A DNA stretch of 64,000 nucleotides from Myxococcota bacterium (GTDB taxonomy: Bacteria; Myxococcota_A; Polyangia; Nannocystales; Nannocystaceae), in assembly GCA_039028615.1 (NCBI GenBank), contig JBCCHT010000017.1, positions 96,001-160,000 on the forward strand. Reading direction: 5' to 3'. How positions within the stretch are numbered: position 1 is the stretch's first letter; each line of letters starts with the position of its first letter. The position numbers were made by a program, and so were the translations under genes. Shown here piece after piece: positions 37,895 to 47,311 of the stretch. The notes beneath the pieces are model-generated. The model was not told where the DNA came from. It ran no database searches and saw only the letters and a list, made by a program, of their open reading frames with translations.

Positions 37895-39204
37895 GCGACG
37901 AGGCCTCCGGAAAGAATGGAAACGGCGCGGAGCTGTCGGTACCAGCGCTCGACGGGATGGTCGCGGACGAAGCCGTGACCGCCGAGCAGCTGCACGCCGT
38001 TGCTGCCGACCTTCATGCCGTGATCGCTGCACAGGATGTGGGCGAGCTTGACCTCGCGATGGAAGTCGAGCCCCCGCTCGGCTCGGGCCGCGGCTCGCCA
38101 GGTGGTGAGCCGCATGCCGTCGACCTCGGTGGCCATGTCCGCGATCATGAACGCCACCGCTTGCTTGTGGGAGATCGGCTCGCCGAAGGCCTCCCGCTCG
38201 TTGCAGTACTCGATGACGTAGTCGACCACCGACTGAGCCGTGCCGACCGCCAAGGCACAGACGCCGAGCTTGGCCAGGTCGAGCAAGCGCGCGTGGTCGT
38301 ACTCGGGCGAGACGCGGGTGGAGCCGTCGAGCATGACGCCGTCGAACTCCAGCGTGCCCAGCTGCGCCGAGGCCAAGCCCATGGTGCGAGCGGCGGTGCG
38401 GGTGAGGCCCGCTCGTCCGCCGGGGACGACGAAGGCGGTGGGGCCCTCGCCGTCGACGGACGCGGTCACCAGGAACAGATCGGCCGAGGTCGCCATCGGC
38501 ACCATGACCTTGGTGCCGACCAACCGATAGCCGCCGTCGACCTTGGTGGCGCGGGTCTGAGGATGCGAGGGGTTGGACCGCGGCCCCTGCTCGTCGATGG
38601 CCAGCGCGGCGACGGGAGCGTCTTCCTCCGCCATCGCGGCGAGGTAGCGGTTTTGCTGGTCGACGGTGCCGAAGTCGGTGAGCGCGGCCGCGAAACCGCG
38701 ACCAGACAGCGCCGCCAGGGCCAGCCCCATGTCGCCCCAGGCCAGGTCTTCGGCCATCAGCACGCTCGAGAGGATCTCGCGGTGCTCGGCCGTGCCGCCG
38801 AGAGACTCGGGAATGACGTCGACGGTGAGCCCCAGCTCACCCGCGGCCTCGAGCACCTCGGCGCCGCGCTCGGGATGCATGTCGGCATCGTGCGCGGCGG
38901 GCCGTACCGACTCTCGCGCGAAGCGACGCAGGACGTCGCGCATCATCTGCTGGTCTTCGGTGGGGGTCAGGTCGAAGGCGTCGGAGGGCTTGCCCTCGCG
39001 CGGCTTCAGCTTCGACCGCTTGCGAAGCTCACCCAGCGGAGCGAAGGCGCGACCGGCAGACTTGCCCGTGCGCACCGCCTCGCTCGCCGCCCGGTGGAGC
39101 AAGCGCTCGGCGATGGGTCGCAGGCCGTTGCGATCGGCGAACTCGGACCCGGCAAAGCGGGTGAGCGCAGCCAAGAATGGACGGGTGGATAATCGGCGCG
39201 ACAA
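37891..39204 (-). CDS. Acyl-CoA dehydrogenase (FadE24-like partner subunit)
   Basis: FDLTPTEDQ, REAFGEPI and GVQLLGGHGF. ATGA-coupled to the downstream ACAD. Confidence 0.88.
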   Translation of the reverse strand: MSRRLSTRPFLAALTRFAGSEFADRNGLRPIAERLLHRAASEAVRTGKSAGRAFAPLGELRKRSKLKPREGKPSDAFDLTPTEDQQMMRDVLRRFARESVRPAAHDADMHPERGAEVLEAAGELGLTVDVIPESLGGTAEHREILSSVLMAEDLAWGDMGLALAALSGRGFAAALTDFGTVDQQNRYLAAMAEEDAPVAALAIDEQGPRSNPSHPQTRATKVDGGYRLVGTKVMVPMATSADLFLVTASVDGEGPTAFVVPGGRAGLTRTAARTMGLASAQLGTLEFDGVMLDGSTRVSPEYDHARLLDLAKLGVCALAVGTAQSVVDYVIEYCNEREAFGEPISHKQAVAFMIADMATEVDGMRLTTWRAAARAERGLDFHREVKLAHILCSDHGMKVGSNGVQLLGGHGFVRDHPVERWYRQLRAVSILSGGLVA

Positions 39205-39276
39205 CGAGCGCAGGCTATCACGTGCCGCGCACGCAACTCGCCGCCGGGCGCCTCGCCCGCGGCGACTCTCGGCCGG

Positions 39277-40077
39277 CTACGGGAGCAGGCTCAGGCTACC
39301 CCGAGGGGACTCCTTCGCCTTGTCGAGATCGGCCTTGGGCTGCACCGCCGCCCCCGTGTTGATCCGCAGACCCCCGCGGTCCTTGGGCATCGGCTTGGCA
39401 TCCGAGGGAATGGCGCTGGGTACGGTCCCCATCGGACTGCCGGGCTTGGGCCCGGGCTTCGTGGGCGAGCCCGCCTTCTTCATCTCGATGACGTACTTGG
39501 TCTCCGACAGCGGCAGCTCGACGGCCTTGGCCTCGGAGTTCTCGAAGCCCGCCTTGGTCGCCCACACGCGCACCGACGTGGCGCCGTCCTTGATGGCGAG
39601 GGAGAACTGACCGTCGCCGTCCGTGGTCCGCTTGACGACGCGATCGGGCAGGTCGAAGGTGACCTCGGCCCCCTGGATCGACTTGGTGACGTCGCCTTGC
39701 AGGTGCACCCGACCGTTGAAGACGTAGACCTCCGGCTCGGTGGGTCCGGCGTGGCAGTCCTCGCCGACGATGCCGTCGACCGCCACGAAGTGCACGACGA
39801 GGAAGATACCCGCGACGCCCGCGGCCGCGATCTCACCCAGCGCCTTGAACTTGAGCCGCACGTCGATCTGCAGACCGCCGACGACGCCCCACAGAAGGAG
39901 TGCGGCCCCCAGGGCGAGCACGACCGCGAGCACATGGCCCTCGGTCCGGTCGACGCAATCCTGAGCAAAGGACAGCGACAGCACAGTGATGAGCATCGCC
40001 CCCCCGATGCCACAACCGATCCAGCGGGTGATCATGCGGGTCTTCGCCGTGGATGGATCGTTCGTCGAATCGGACAT
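39277..40077 (-). CDS. Membrane-anchored protein with a carboxypeptidase regulatory-like (Cna-B-type) domain
   Basis: Three hydrophobic segments then GRV...IQGAEV...TTDGDGQF...ATKAGF. Confidence 0.65.
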   Translation of the reverse strand: MSDSTNDPSTAKTRMITRWIGCGIGGAMLITVLSLSFAQDCVDRTEGHVLAVVLALGAALLLWGVVGGLQIDVRLKFKALGEIAAAGVAGIFLVVHFVAVDGIVGEDCHAGPTEPEVYVFNGRVHLQGDVTKSIQGAEVTFDLPDRVVKRTTDGDGQFSLAIKDGATSVRVWATKAGFENSEAKAVELPLSETKYVIEMKKAGSPTKPGPKPGSPMGTVPSAIPSDAKPMPKDRGGLRINTGAAVQPKADLDKAKESPRGSLSLLP

Positions 40078-40282
40078 GGCGGGTACTGAGGCGACTATAG
40101 CGCTGCGGTGGGCCCCAATGCACATAAGTGACAACGGCCATCGAGCCGGGCACCACCATGACGGTGGGCGCCCCGACCGGCGTTTTGCGGCGTCTCGCGT
40201 GTATCCGTGGCGATGCGACGCCATTGGGACAGTGGCCCATCGGCACCTCTTTTCGTGGCGACTCGAGTGCTAGCAAGTTCGT

Positions 40283-40726
40283 ATGTCCAAGGCCAAATCC
40301 GACGACCATGCGGAGTTCATCGAGCGCTTCTAACGGGAGGTGTGGACCGAGGGGCGCAGAGAATCGCTCATCGCCCTGACCCCGAAGGATGCCGTCCTCC
40401 ACAACCTGGGACCGGAGCCGATCGTGGGGCCCGACGGCGCGGTCGCGTTTTGGGAGGCGGTGAACGGCGCCTTCGAGAAGTTCGAATTCGAGCTGCACGA
40501 GTCGATGTCCGAGGGCGACCAGGTCATGGCCCGCGGCACGCTGAGCTATCGGCATCGCGCCAGCGGTCGGCCGATCCACATGCACGGCTTCCTGTCGATT
40601 CGCTTCCGCGACGGCCTGGTCGCCGAGCTGTGGCAGTCGTGGGATCTGCTCGGCGTGATGATCCAAGCCGGCGCCGCCGAGCCCGACGCCTTCGCGGCGA
40701 TGCTCGCCGCGGGCACGCCGTCCTAA
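40283..40726 (+). pseudogene. SnoaL-like/ester cyclase (NTF2 fold) gene interrupted by in-frame TAA at 40331
   Basis: MSKAKSDDHAEFIERF*REVWTEG...EGDQVMAR...FRDGLVAELWQSWDLLG. Confidence 0.7.
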
Positions 40727-40728
40727 CC

Positions 40729-40761
40729 AAAAAACGTGCCACGACACGAAGTCGTGGCACG
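40729..40761 (-). terminator. Intrinsic terminator of the vWA lipoprotein gene
   Basis: 11-bp stem CGTGCCACGAC/GTCGTGGCACG with an A6 run giving a U-tail on the minus strand. Confidence 0.75.
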
Positions 40762-40790
40762 GAGCGCGTCGTTCGCTGTGCGCTCTGTCC

Positions 40791-42059
40791 TCAGGCCGGC
40801 GGAATACAGGCGTAGTCGATGTCGAGGGCGGAGGCGATGTGGGCTTGTTCGCAGGTCATCGAGCACAGCTCGATGGAGGTGAAGGGTGCGGCCTCTTCGA
40901 TGTAGCGCCAGCCGATGCCGTCGGGGCCACACTCGTCGACCCGCGCCACTTCGTCCTCGCCCACGCGCACCGTCAGCTGGCCCTCGAACTCGGCGTCCTG
41001 GCCGAGGTTGATGGTGCAGCTGAGCTCGTCGGCGATGCCCTCGAGCGCGACCAGGAGCGTCTCCTCGTCGCTGGTATTGTAGAAGGCCTCGTCGCCGCCC
41101 TGGGGCACCCCGCCCGCGAGCGCGATCTCGTTGAGGCGCTCGTAGGGGTTGTCGGCGGGGAAGCTGCCGACCTGGTCGAGGATGTCGACCCCGATGACGT
41201 AGGTGGGCACGCCGTCGGCCGCCGCCATCGCCACCATCGGCTCGAGACCCGAGTCGTACTGGATGAACACCTCGTTGCCCGTGGTGCCGTCGAGGCAGTT
41301 GGCCGCGCCGTCGGTGACCAGCACCACCGCCTGGGGACGACCATCGGCGACCGCCTCGAGGTGATCGAGCACGACCGACAGCCCCGCGCTGGCCGGCGTG
41401 CCCCCGAACAAGTCGAAGGTGTCCGCGGCCGGCAGCGCACCGACGATGGCATCCGCGTTCATCGGACCCACCGGGCTGTTGACCTCGGCATCGACGAAGC
41501 ACGCCGTGCCCGAGCCGTTGTCGGTGAGCGTGTCCGAGGGGAACAGCATCATGCCCCACTCGATGCCGTCCTCGATGTCGTGGGTCAGCGTGTCGACGAC
41601 GCTGTGGAGGCTGTTCCAGCGGGTCACCGCCGGGGTCACCGGGTCGGCGTCGTGATCCCACGAGTTGTCGACCATGCTGAACGACTTGTCGAGCAACAGG
41701 ACCACCTGGGGCTGCTCGACCTGGAGCTGGAGGCTCTCGACCTCGCAGGGCGGCGGCCCGTCGTCGCCCGCCGGCTCACCGCTGCTGTCACCGTCGTCGT
41801 CACCGGGGTCGTCCCCCGTGGGATCGTCCCCGCTGGTCGAATCGACCGTGCCGTCATCGGAGCCCGAATCCGCCCCCGGGTCATCGGGGTCATCCGCGGT
41901 ATCGGGGTCGTCGGGCTCACCCGTGCTGCCGGGCAGGTGGATCCCGGGATCCTCCTCCATGACCCCGTCGACGGTGATGTCGGTACAGGCCGTCGCCAGC
42001 AGGCTCAGGCTGGCGATCAGGGACACCGTCAGGGTTCGGCTGGCGGGGGGGAACACCAT
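40791..42059 (-). CDS. vWA-domain lipoprotein (CglB-like architecture)
   Basis: ATAC lipobox, Asp/Gly linker, MIDAS LLDKSFSM, GGTP and VLVTDG. Confidence 0.85.
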   Translation of the reverse strand: MVFPPASRTLTVSLIASLSLLATACTDITVDGVMEEDPGIHLPGSTGEPDDPDTADDPDDPGADSGSDDGTVDSTSGDDPTGDDPGDDDGDSSGEPAGDDGPPPCEVESLQLQVEQPQVVLLLDKSFSMVDNSWDHDADPVTPAVTRWNSLHSVVDTLTHDIEDGIEWGMMLFPSDTLTDNGSGTACFVDAEVNSPVGPMNADAIVGALPAADTFDLFGGTPASAGLSVVLDHLEAVADGRPQAVVLVTDGAANCLDGTTGNEVFIQYDSGLEPMVAMAAADGVPTYVIGVDILDQVGSFPADNPYERLNEIALAGGVPQGGDEAFYNTSDEETLLVALEGIADELSCTINLGQDAEFEGQLTVRVGEDEVARVDECGPDGIGWRYIEEAAPFTSIELCSMTCEQAHIASALDIDYACIPPA

Positions 42060-42378
42060 CACGGCCTTAGATTAGCTCGCTGTTTTTATGTAAGCCAACA
42101 AACTTTTCATAATGTTTAACCTGATTTGGTTACATGTTGACGGTCGATTAATACTCACGCGGTTTCGTTTTAGAACTAAAGTTGGATATCGGGGTGCACC
42201 TGCTGGTTACAGGGACGCAGGGTCTGCGCAGACCGGATGACCAGCCTTCGACTCGATGGTCGATCCACCCGCGAACCGACGACCCGGGAGGGGCTCCGAT
42301 GCGCCGTTTCGAGAGCGCCCCGTGGCCCGGGAGGTCGGTGTACCCGACGGTGCGACACAACATGTTCGCGCTTCGCCC

Positions 42379-42405
42379 GGAACCTCCGCGCCTCGCGGTA
42401 GTCTA
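42379..42405 (+). promoter_or_regulatory. ECF (sigmaE-type) promoter upstream of the ECF sigma gene
   Basis: GGAACC-N16-GTCTA, resembling RpoE-type -35/-10 elements. Confidence 0.65.
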
Positions 42406-42420
42406 GACCGGCAACCCCCC

Positions 42421-43113
42421 GTGACAGCCACGGCCAGCGACGAGCGACCCCTGACGATGGAAGCAGCGGACGACCCTGCCGCTCCGCGTCAGGCCCCCAC
42501 CCCGGCCGAAGAGCGGCAGCACGCCGACCTTCGAGATCGGCGCTTGGTTCGGCGCCTGCGACAAGGGGACGAGCGCGCGTTCGAAGAGCTCGTGCGTCTT
42601 TATCAGCACCGGATCTTCGGGCTGATGCTGCGCATGATCGGCAACCGCCAAGAAGCCGAAGATCTCGCGCAAGAGGTCTTCATCACCGTGCATCGGGCCA
42701 TCGGGCAGTACCGCGGCGAAGGTCGCTTCTATACCTGGCTGTACCGCATCGCGAGCAACACCTGTAAGAACCGCATCAAGTACCTGCGCGGTCGCAACTT
42801 CCACCGCAGCGTGCCGGTCGAGGACACCCCCGAGGCCCACGACCCCGGCGACGGTGGTCCCGCCGTGCGCCTCCAAGGGCAAATCGCGGGGCCCGAGGCC
42901 ATGACCGAGGGCGCACGATTGCAGTCCGCCATTCAGCGCGAGCTCGGGCAACTCGACCCCGAGCACCGCCTGCTCATCATCCTCCGCGACATCCAGGGCC
43001 TGTCCTACCAAGAGATCCTCAACATCACCGGGCTTCAGGAGGGCACGCTCAAGTCGCGCCTGCACCGCGCCCGCGTCGCCCTCAAAGACCGCCTGAGCAA
43101 CTATCTGGAGTAA
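42421..43113 (+). CDS. ECF RNA polymerase sigma factor (RpoE-like)
   Basis: AFEELVRLYQ, AEDLAQEVF, FYTWLYRIASN, GLSYQEI and GTLKSRLHRAR. Start GTG 42421 or ATG 42457. Confidence 0.92.
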   Translation: MTATASDERPLTMEAADDPAAPRQAPTPAEERQHADLRDRRLVRRLRQGDERAFEELVRLYQHRIFGLMLRMIGNRQEAEDLAQEVFITVHRAIGQYRGEGRFYTWLYRIASNTCKNRIKYLRGRNFHRSVPVEDTPEAHDPGDGGPAVRLQGQIAGPEAMTEGARLQSAIQRELGQLDPEHRLLIILRDIQGLSYQEILNITGLQEGTLKSRLHRARVALKDRLSNYLE

Positions 43114-43182
43114 GGGCCTCCCAAACCCACCAAAAAGGGTGCCAACCCAGCCCGTCCACACTACTCTCGAGGAGTACCCGCC

Positions 43183-43611
43183 ATGCCTTCCACTCAGGAC
43201 ACCAGCGCAGAGCTGATGACCGCCTACCTCGACGCCGAGCTCGGCGACGAGGATGCCGCGGCCTTCGAGGAAGCGCTGGAGCACGATCCCGAGACGAAGT
43301 CGGAGCTCGAGCAGCTGCGCCGGGTCATGTCGCTGGTCTCGACCCTCCCCGACGTCGAGGCCCCGCCCGACTTCTACGACAAGGTCAGCAAGCGCATCCG
43401 CAAGCGCCAGCGCTTCGCCCTCGACAACAACGCGTGGATCTTGATCTCGCTGCCCTTCCAGGTGCTCAGCATCATCGTGATCCTCACCGTCGCGGGGCTG
43501 TACATGATGGCGGAGCTCGAGAACAAACCGCAGAGCTTCGAGCGCGAGGCCATTCCGGGCACCATGCCCGATGGCAAGGCCGGGCCCGGCCCCGCACCGG
43601 TTCAGCCGTAG
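43183..43611 (+). CDS. Putative single-TM anti-sigma factor
   Basis: GAGGAG RBS, LMTAYLDAEL..FEEAL, one TM, directly downstream of the ECF sigma. Confidence 0.8.
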   Translation: MPSTQDTSAELMTAYLDAELGDEDAAAFEEALEHDPETKSELEQLRRVMSLVSTLPDVEAPPDFYDKVSKRIRKRQRFALDNNAWILISLPFQVLSIIVILTVAGLYMMAELENKPQSFEREAIPGTMPDGKAGPGPAPVQP

Positions 43612-43626
43612 CCGTCAAGCGCGGGG

Positions 43627-44676
43627 CTACGACGCCCCGAGCCCGAACCGCTTCTTCACGCACTCGATCGCCTCGCTGCGATCCGCGGGGACCCACTTGC
43701 GCCTCGACCCCTCGATGGCCAGGCGTCCCCGCGAGCACATCGGGGAGAAGGCAAAGTCGATGTCGTCGAGGTCCCGCTCGGTTCGCAGCACCCGCAGCGA
43801 GACCGACTCGAGCACCATCCCGGTGTCATCGACCCGAAAGCGAGCGATGGCCACGGGCGAGCCCGCGTCGCAGCTGCATCCGAACGACTCCCGCCACCCG
43901 CAGATCGTCAGCGTGTCGGGCGGTAGGGGATGTCGAAGGCGCACGAAGTACCCGCGGTCCTCGTCGACCTCGCGCCAGCTCGTCGAGGTCTCGATGCGGG
44001 TGCCGACCTCCAAGGTGCCACCGTGCCACCTCGGGCCGAGCACGCTGGTGACGTAGTCGTGGTGGCTCAACATCGTCCTGAGGGTTCGCGTCCGCGTGAC
44101 ACCGCAGTGTTCGCATCGCATGGGACCCCACAGGTCGGTCCAGGGCGAGGGTGGCCCGAGCCCACCCCCCTCGAAGCCCTCGAAGACCTCCGCCAGGGCT
44201 TCACGCAGCCGCCCCGCCCGCTGCTCGGGTGTGAGGGCAGCCAGTTCCTCTGCCGACGCAAACATGCCCGCGAGATCGGCGAGGTCGACATGCGCCCCGA
44301 CGTCGTCTTCGAGCGCGTCGTACAGATCGATCGACTCGAGGGTCGCGCTCGGGCCCGCATCGTCGATGGCAAAGCGCAGCACGATCACCAGTGGCCGCCC
44401 GCAGGGGCACACACGCATGTCGTCGAGATCGACGAGTAACGCCAGCCGCCCCGGCGGCGACGGTTCCTGCACCCGCCACCAGTCGTAGTCCCACGACGGC
44501 TCGGCCAGGATCGTCGAGGGGGGAAAGCTCAGGGGCTGCTCGACCCCCACCGCGAAGCGACGACCATAGAGCCCCCCGAAGTCGGGATCGAAGACCTTGG
44601 TCTGCCCGAGCAAGAAAATGAAATCACCGCACGCGGGACATTGAACTTTACCCGCGTAGGTATCGTAGGCACCCAT
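43627..44676 (-). CDS. Hypothetical protein with two tandem CxxC...CxC domains
   Basis: CPACG...CPCG and CEHCG...CSCD in two alignable halves. Confidence 0.7.
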   Translation of the reverse strand: MGAYDTYAGKVQCPACGDFIFLLGQTKVFDPDFGGLYGRRFAVGVEQPLSFPPSTILAEPSWDYDWWRVQEPSPPGRLALLVDLDDMRVCPCGRPLVIVLRFAIDDAGPSATLESIDLYDALEDDVGAHVDLADLAGMFASAEELAALTPEQRAGRLREALAEVFEGFEGGGLGPPSPWTDLWGPMRCEHCGVTRTRTLRTMLSHHDYVTSVLGPRWHGGTLEVGTRIETSTSWREVDEDRGYFVRLRHPLPPDTLTICGWRESFGCSCDAGSPVAIARFRVDDTGMVLESVSLRVLRTERDLDDIDFAFSPMCSRGRLAIEGSRRKWVPADRSEAIECVKKRFGLGAS

Positions 44677-44912
44677 CGCTTCGACCGATGCTCGACTGTA
44701 GCAGGTCCAGGTGAGACTCGAACCCGTCCGCCACGGGTCCCGTCGCCCGCATCGAGGTCCGAGGTCGAAGGCATGGAAAGATCCGCAGTTCGACTCGCTC
44801 GTCAGCGTGGTCGCGGCGATCGAAACCCGGCTTCCATGGCCCCGACGGCTGCGCGGGCGAAACGGCAGGCTAGACTGTGTAAGCCGCGGCGAGCTGCCGC
44901 GTCCGAACCCCC

Positions 44913-45962
44913 ATGAGTCTGGTCCCCGCGCTCCTCGGTACCCTGGCCTCGGTCGGGGCGCCCGTGGTCGAGGTGGGCGATCACGACCCCCCGCAGCCGA
45001 TCGAGCTGCGCTGGGACGCGCCCTCGAGCTGCCCCTCGTCCGATGCGGTCCGCGACGAGATCGCGACCCTGCTGGCCCGCAGTCGCAACCAAGGTGAGGC
45101 CGTGCGCGCGGAGGCCACGGTCGTCCCCGACGGCGAGGCGTTTCGGCTCCGGCTCAGCGTCGTGACCCGCTCGGGGCGGGACGAGCGGAGCATTCGCGAT
45201 CCGAGCTGCGAGCCGCTCGCTCATGCCACGGCGCTGGTGGTGGCGACGCTGATGGATCCCATCGCGGTCTCGAACCACATCGAGGCGCTCACGCCCGCCG
45301 ACACTCTCCCTCGCGAGCCTCCCCCGTCCTCGCTCCCGGAGCCTCCCTCGACACCGCCGTCGAGCACCGAGACCCCGCCGCCGCGGGTGACCGCCAGTGA
45401 CCGACGCGACGACGCACCCGCGCCGAGCCCCTCTCCTCGGACCGGCGTCCGCCCCTCGCTGCGACTCGAGGGCTTCGTCGGCGCGGCGATCGTGCCCCCG
45501 GTCGACGGAGGGCTCGCCTTCGCGGTGGGCATGACCCGGCCGCAGCTCCGTCTCGAGCTCGGCGCGGCCTATGCCGTGCCACAGTCTCGTGCGCACCCGG
45601 TGCTGGCCGATGTGGGCCTGCAACTCCAAGCCTTCTCGGGGCAAGCGCGCGGCTGCTGGGTGCCGGCGACGGGGGCGTGGGAGTTCCCGCTGTGCCTGGC
45701 GGGTGAAGTGGGAGCGATGGTCGCCCGCGGGCAGGGCTCGGCGGTGCAAAACCCGACCAACGAGCTCAGCCTGCAGCTAGCCGCGTTGGCCGAGGCCCAT
45801 GTCGCCTGGCGGGCCACCGAGCGTTTTGCGCTGTGGCTGGGTGCGCAGGGGGTGCTGAACCTGGCCCGGCCGAGCTTCACCGTGGGCACGCTGGCGCCGT
45901 TCTTCACCGCGCCGGTCGGCGGAGGTCGCGCGAAATTGGGAATCGAGCTGCGTTTTCCGTGA
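44913..45962 (+). CDS. Hypothetical exported protein with a C-terminal beta-barrel-like region (myxobacterial ECF-associated type)
   Basis: LRWDAPSSCP, Pro-rich linker, amphipathic strands ending LGIELRFP. Confidence 0.7.
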   Translation: MSLVPALLGTLASVGAPVVEVGDHDPPQPIELRWDAPSSCPSSDAVRDEIATLLARSRNQGEAVRAEATVVPDGEAFRLRLSVVTRSGRDERSIRDPSCEPLAHATALVVATLMDPIAVSNHIEALTPADTLPREPPPSSLPEPPSTPPSSTETPPPRVTASDRRDDAPAPSPSPRTGVRPSLRLEGFVGAAIVPPVDGGLAFAVGMTRPQLRLELGAAYAVPQSRAHPVLADVGLQLQAFSGQARGCWVPATGAWEFPLCLAGEVGAMVARGQGSAVQNPTNELSLQLAALAEAHVAWRATERFALWLGAQGVLNLARPSFTVGTLAPFFTAPVGGGRAKLGIELRFP

Positions 45963-47302
45963 GCGCATCACGAAACTCGGGCGAGGTGGACACTTCACCC
46001 AAAGCCCCCGTGCAACGCTCCAGCTTCTATCAGGAGAACTTTTGGTTCGTGTGGTCGTGCCTGCGACGGCTCGGCGTCGCCACGGCCGACCTCGAAGACG
46101 CGACCCACGACGCGTTCCTGGTCGCGCATCGCCGCCGGGCCGAGCTCGCGAGCGCATCGAGCCCGCGGGGCTGGCTGTTCGGGGTCGTACGTCGCGTGGC
46201 CTCCAATCATCGACGGGGGGTCGGGCGCCACGATCGACGCCTGGCCGCCGTGCGCGACGTGGGCCCCCGCGCCACCCGACCCGAGCGCGACCTCGAGCGC
46301 ACCGACGCCGCCCGGGTCGTCCGCCGCTTCCTCGATGGGCTCGACGAGCCTCGCCGCAACGTCTTCGTGCTGAGCGAGCTGCAGCAGATGACGGCCAAGG
46401 AAGTCGCGCAGCTGCTCGACATCAATCCCAATACCGCGTCCGCGCGGCTGCGATCGGCTCGCAAGGCCTTCGATCGATTCGCCGAGGACGTGCGGACGGA
46501 AAACGGCTGGGACGGACGCGCTGCGGTGGCCGAGCTGCAGCAGACGCCACGGCCCTCGCGAGAGGCCCGCAAGAGGGTTGGGAGCGCGCTGGCGGTGAGC
46601 CTGGCGTCGGCTCCCGGCCGGGTCGCGGCGCCGGGTCTCGCAGGGTTCGCCAAGGCAGCGGGGCTGGCGTTGGCGCTCGGAGGCGGGGCCGTGGGCATGA
46701 TCGCGGGCGTCGCTCGGCTCACCCACGAGCCCTCGTCGACCGCGACGGTGCAGCAGCCGACCGCCGACGCCTCGACCCACCCACCATCGACCACGCCGCC
46801 CGAGGCCCCCGAATCCGAGGCTCCACCGCCCCCGTCCGACACGATCGGGGGGCTCGCCCACGAGGACACCTGGGCCGAGCCCGCCAGCGACATCTCTGCG
46901 CCCGACCAGGTCCCGGCTCGACGAGCCGCTGCCGCCCCCTCGACGACGAAGCCCACGCCCGCGCCCAGCTCGAATGCACCGAAGACCGCCTCACCGAGCA
47001 CCGCGGCGAGCCTTCAAGCGCAGACCCTGCGGTTCGGCCAGGCCCGCGCCGCCCAATCGCGAGGCAACGCCGCCGCTGCGCTGCGCCTCGCCGCCGACTA
47101 TCGCGAGCGCTTCCCGGCCGGGGTGTTCCTCACCGAGCTCGAGATCATCGAGATCCGCGCCCACTGCACCCTCGGCGACACACCCCGCGCCCGCGCTCAG
47201 CGGGAACGCTTCATGAAGGCACACCCCGGCTCGCCCCACCTGGCGGTCATCGACGAAACTTGTGCCGGCTCGGTCACGAAAACGGGCTCGGGTGGAGACT
47301 GA
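45959..47302 (+). CDS. ECF sigma factor with a fused TM, Pro-rich linker and TPR-like C-terminal extension
   Basis: FVWSCLRRLGV..DLEDATHDAF, RGWLFG, NTASARLRSAR. Then a hydrophobic helix and YRERFPAG...IRAHC. Confidence 0.85.
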   Translation: MSASRNSGEVDTSPKAPVQRSSFYQENFWFVWSCLRRLGVATADLEDATHDAFLVAHRRRAELASASSPRGWLFGVVRRVASNHRRGVGRHDRRLAAVRDVGPRATRPERDLERTDAARVVRRFLDGLDEPRRNVFVLSELQQMTAKEVAQLLDINPNTASARLRSARKAFDRFAEDVRTENGWDGRAAVAELQQTPRPSREARKRVGSALAVSLASAPGRVAAPGLAGFAKAAGLALALGGGAVGMIAGVARLTHEPSSTATVQQPTADASTHPPSTTPPEAPESEAPPPPSDTIGGLAHEDTWAEPASDISAPDQVPARRAAAAPSTTKPTPAPSSNAPKTASPSTAASLQAQTLRFGQARAAQSRGNAAAALRLAADYRERFPAGVFLTELEIIEIRAHCTLGDTPRARAQRERFMKAHPGSPHLAVIDETCAGSVTKTGSGGD

Positions 47303-47311
47303 ATTTCATCG

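Noticed and set aside
40791..42059. Gene symbol cglB
   Set aside because: Architecture is similar, but vWA lipoproteins are highly expanded in myxobacteria and orthology cannot be shown here.
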